The translations under genes and the position numbers were made by a program. Under the pieces are notes generated by a model that saw only the letters and a program-made list of their open reading frames with translations, did not search any database and was not told the origin of the DNA. From contig NC_043005.1 of NCBI RefSeq assembly GCF_006345805.1, positions 23,436,001 through 23,500,000 of the forward strand: DNA of 64,000 bases. Reading direction: 5' to 3'. Positions 62,550-64,000 of this stretch are shown here, piece by piece. This stretch comes from Octopus sinensis. Its lineage: Eukaryota. Each line of letters begins with the position of its first letter. The first letter of the stretch is position 1.

Positions 62550-62642
62550 CATTCGGGTGGAATGGTATAGTGCAGAATGAGATTTCAGGTTCCCTTGCTG
62601 CTTTATTGGATGAAAACTGAAGGAATAGAGTGAAAACACCAC
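62550..62642 (-). CDS. UBE2U: UBE2U-like exon (beta strand to HPN motif)
   Basis: ttctctttatcag acceptor, G|GTAAGT donor; GVFTLFLQFSSNKAAREPEISFCTIPFHPN. Confidence 0.88.
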
Positions 62643-62664
62643 CTGATAAAGAGAAGGATTATCA

Positions 62665-63285
62665 GTGTCATCATCATCATCACCATCATCACCTACAGCA
62701 CCAGTTCTGTCACAACCACCACCACCGCCACTGCCACCACCATCATCACTGTCATCATCACCACCACAGCCACCATCACCACTGCCATTATTGTTGTCAT
62801 AGCTACTGCCACTGCCACCATCACAACCTTTATTATTAATGCTAGTATGTGGTTTGTCAATCTGCTAGAAATAGTAGCCAAATATCAATCTATAATCATT
62901 TTCTTTTTAAAAGAAGGCAGACGCATTAGGTAGTACAGCCCTAAAAGGTGCACTGCCTGGAATAAAGGGGGAATGGTCATGTCTGGAATACCTTGGAATT
63001 AGACAAAACACAGCAGCAGCTGCGACTGCCATCACCACCATCATCATTATATCGATCAGTTCTAGTGTCATAATTATGACTGCAAGTAACAAGAATACTA
63101 TAAACATCATCTCATTACCATAATTATCATCATCATTGTTATGATCATTATCTTATCATCATCATCACCACCATCACTGTTGCCACTGCCGGCCACCACC
63201 TCCACCACCACCACCACCACCACCATTATCAGCATTAATTCTTTATAGTAACCACTATCTTCATTATTGTCATCGTCATCATTAG
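62665..63285. repeat. Compound (CAT/CAC)n low-complexity tracts
   Basis: Mixed trinucleotide repeats that give spurious poly-His/Val ORFs. Confidence 0.85.
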
Positions 63286-64000
63286 AATCCTTGCGATCGA
63301 CAAGAGCTCCATCACTATGAAATTCCTTGCTGCTGTCATATCACATGAGGAGGTGAGTAGGAAACTTTTCTGGATGGATTTGCAGGGAAATGCACAGGTT
63401 TGTGTGGTTTCAAGGGCATTATTACCAAGATCACACCCAACACTTAGTAACATCTATGGAAATCTGATACCAATATCCCTCAAGCTAAAGCAGTAACGGC
63501 TACAATTTGCCGGCCACTGTCACCAAGCAGAGAAAGAGGTTATCTCATCCCTGCCCCTATGGCATCCTTCTGGAAGTGTTTTCTCCAGGAAACTGACATT
63601 TCCAGGTACTATATCTCAGGACTCAGGGCTGGATATTAGAGATCTGAACACAGCAACGCAGGACTGTGTAGTGTGGAGGGGGATTGTCAATGGAGTTCCG
63701 ACTAACTGTAGGTTGGTTGAAGGATGATGATTACCAAGAATAGAGTCTTTGGTTAGCTCATCGTCATCATCATCATCATCAATCGGTTAACATCTGCTTT
63801 CCATGCTAGCATGGATTGGACAATTTGACTGAGGTCTGGTGAACCAGATGGCTGCACCAGACTCCAATCTGATCTAGCAGAGTTTCTACAGCTGGATGCC
63901 CTCCCTAACACCAACCACTCAGAGAGTGTAGAGGGTGCTTTTACGTGCCACCAGCACGAGGGCGACTCAGGCTGTACTGGCAATAGCCACACTCAAATGG

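Larger units (their letters stand above)
57899..62642 (-). other. UBE2U: UBE2U-like ubiquitin-conjugating (E2-fold) gene, partial (5' exons beyond the window), catalytic Cys replaced by Gln
   Basis: Four GT-AG exons in matching phases (459 nt, no stop): GGVFTLFLQFSSNKAAREPEISFCTIPFHPNVDPTNGKVQLDFGSIEKKGLYVLNILLYIQNLLSNPVLENAVNSAAKQMLLYLPHAYKQIATDCVMNSQKIEGKHYKKIEVPTIKSENCLDKSKKEVDNKSYYTSAKISFEKYHLDWSNLAT. TIPFHPNVDP, LSNPVLEN.VN and SF..Y...WS.(I/L)AT match my recollection of UBE2U; not checked against a database. Confidence 0.8.

Overview
AT-rich, repeat-dense eukaryotic DNA. The SINE/RTE/mariner landscape and the style of C2H2 gene point to a coleoid cephalopod, probably Octopus (inference). 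Three protein-coding genes can be reconstructed. (1) FDX2, mitochondrial [2Fe-2S] ferredoxin-2: complete, 6 exons, + strand, 22902-39556, 183 aa. (2) A single-coding-exon C2H2 zinc-finger gene with 14 fingers, - strand, 47671-48930. (3) Four in-frame internal exons of a UBE2U-like E2 gene, - strand, 57899-62642, 5' part beyond the window; its catalytic Cys position is Gln, so it looks like a pseudo-E2. The rest is transposon-derived: several tRNA-derived SINE families, RTE/CR1/RLE-type LINE relics, mariner/Tc1 fragments, piggyBac- and pogo-type MITEs, Helitrons, solo LTRs, microsatellites and a 3x452-bp tandem repeat. The most unusual non-coding signal is a set of unrelated palindromic, Penelope-like elements carrying minimal type-I hammerhead ribozyme motifs. 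Two are core-intact (38697-38742, 41631-41669) and lie sense to FDX2; another is fused to a tRNA-like Pol III head. All calls come from reading the sequence by eye; no searches were run.
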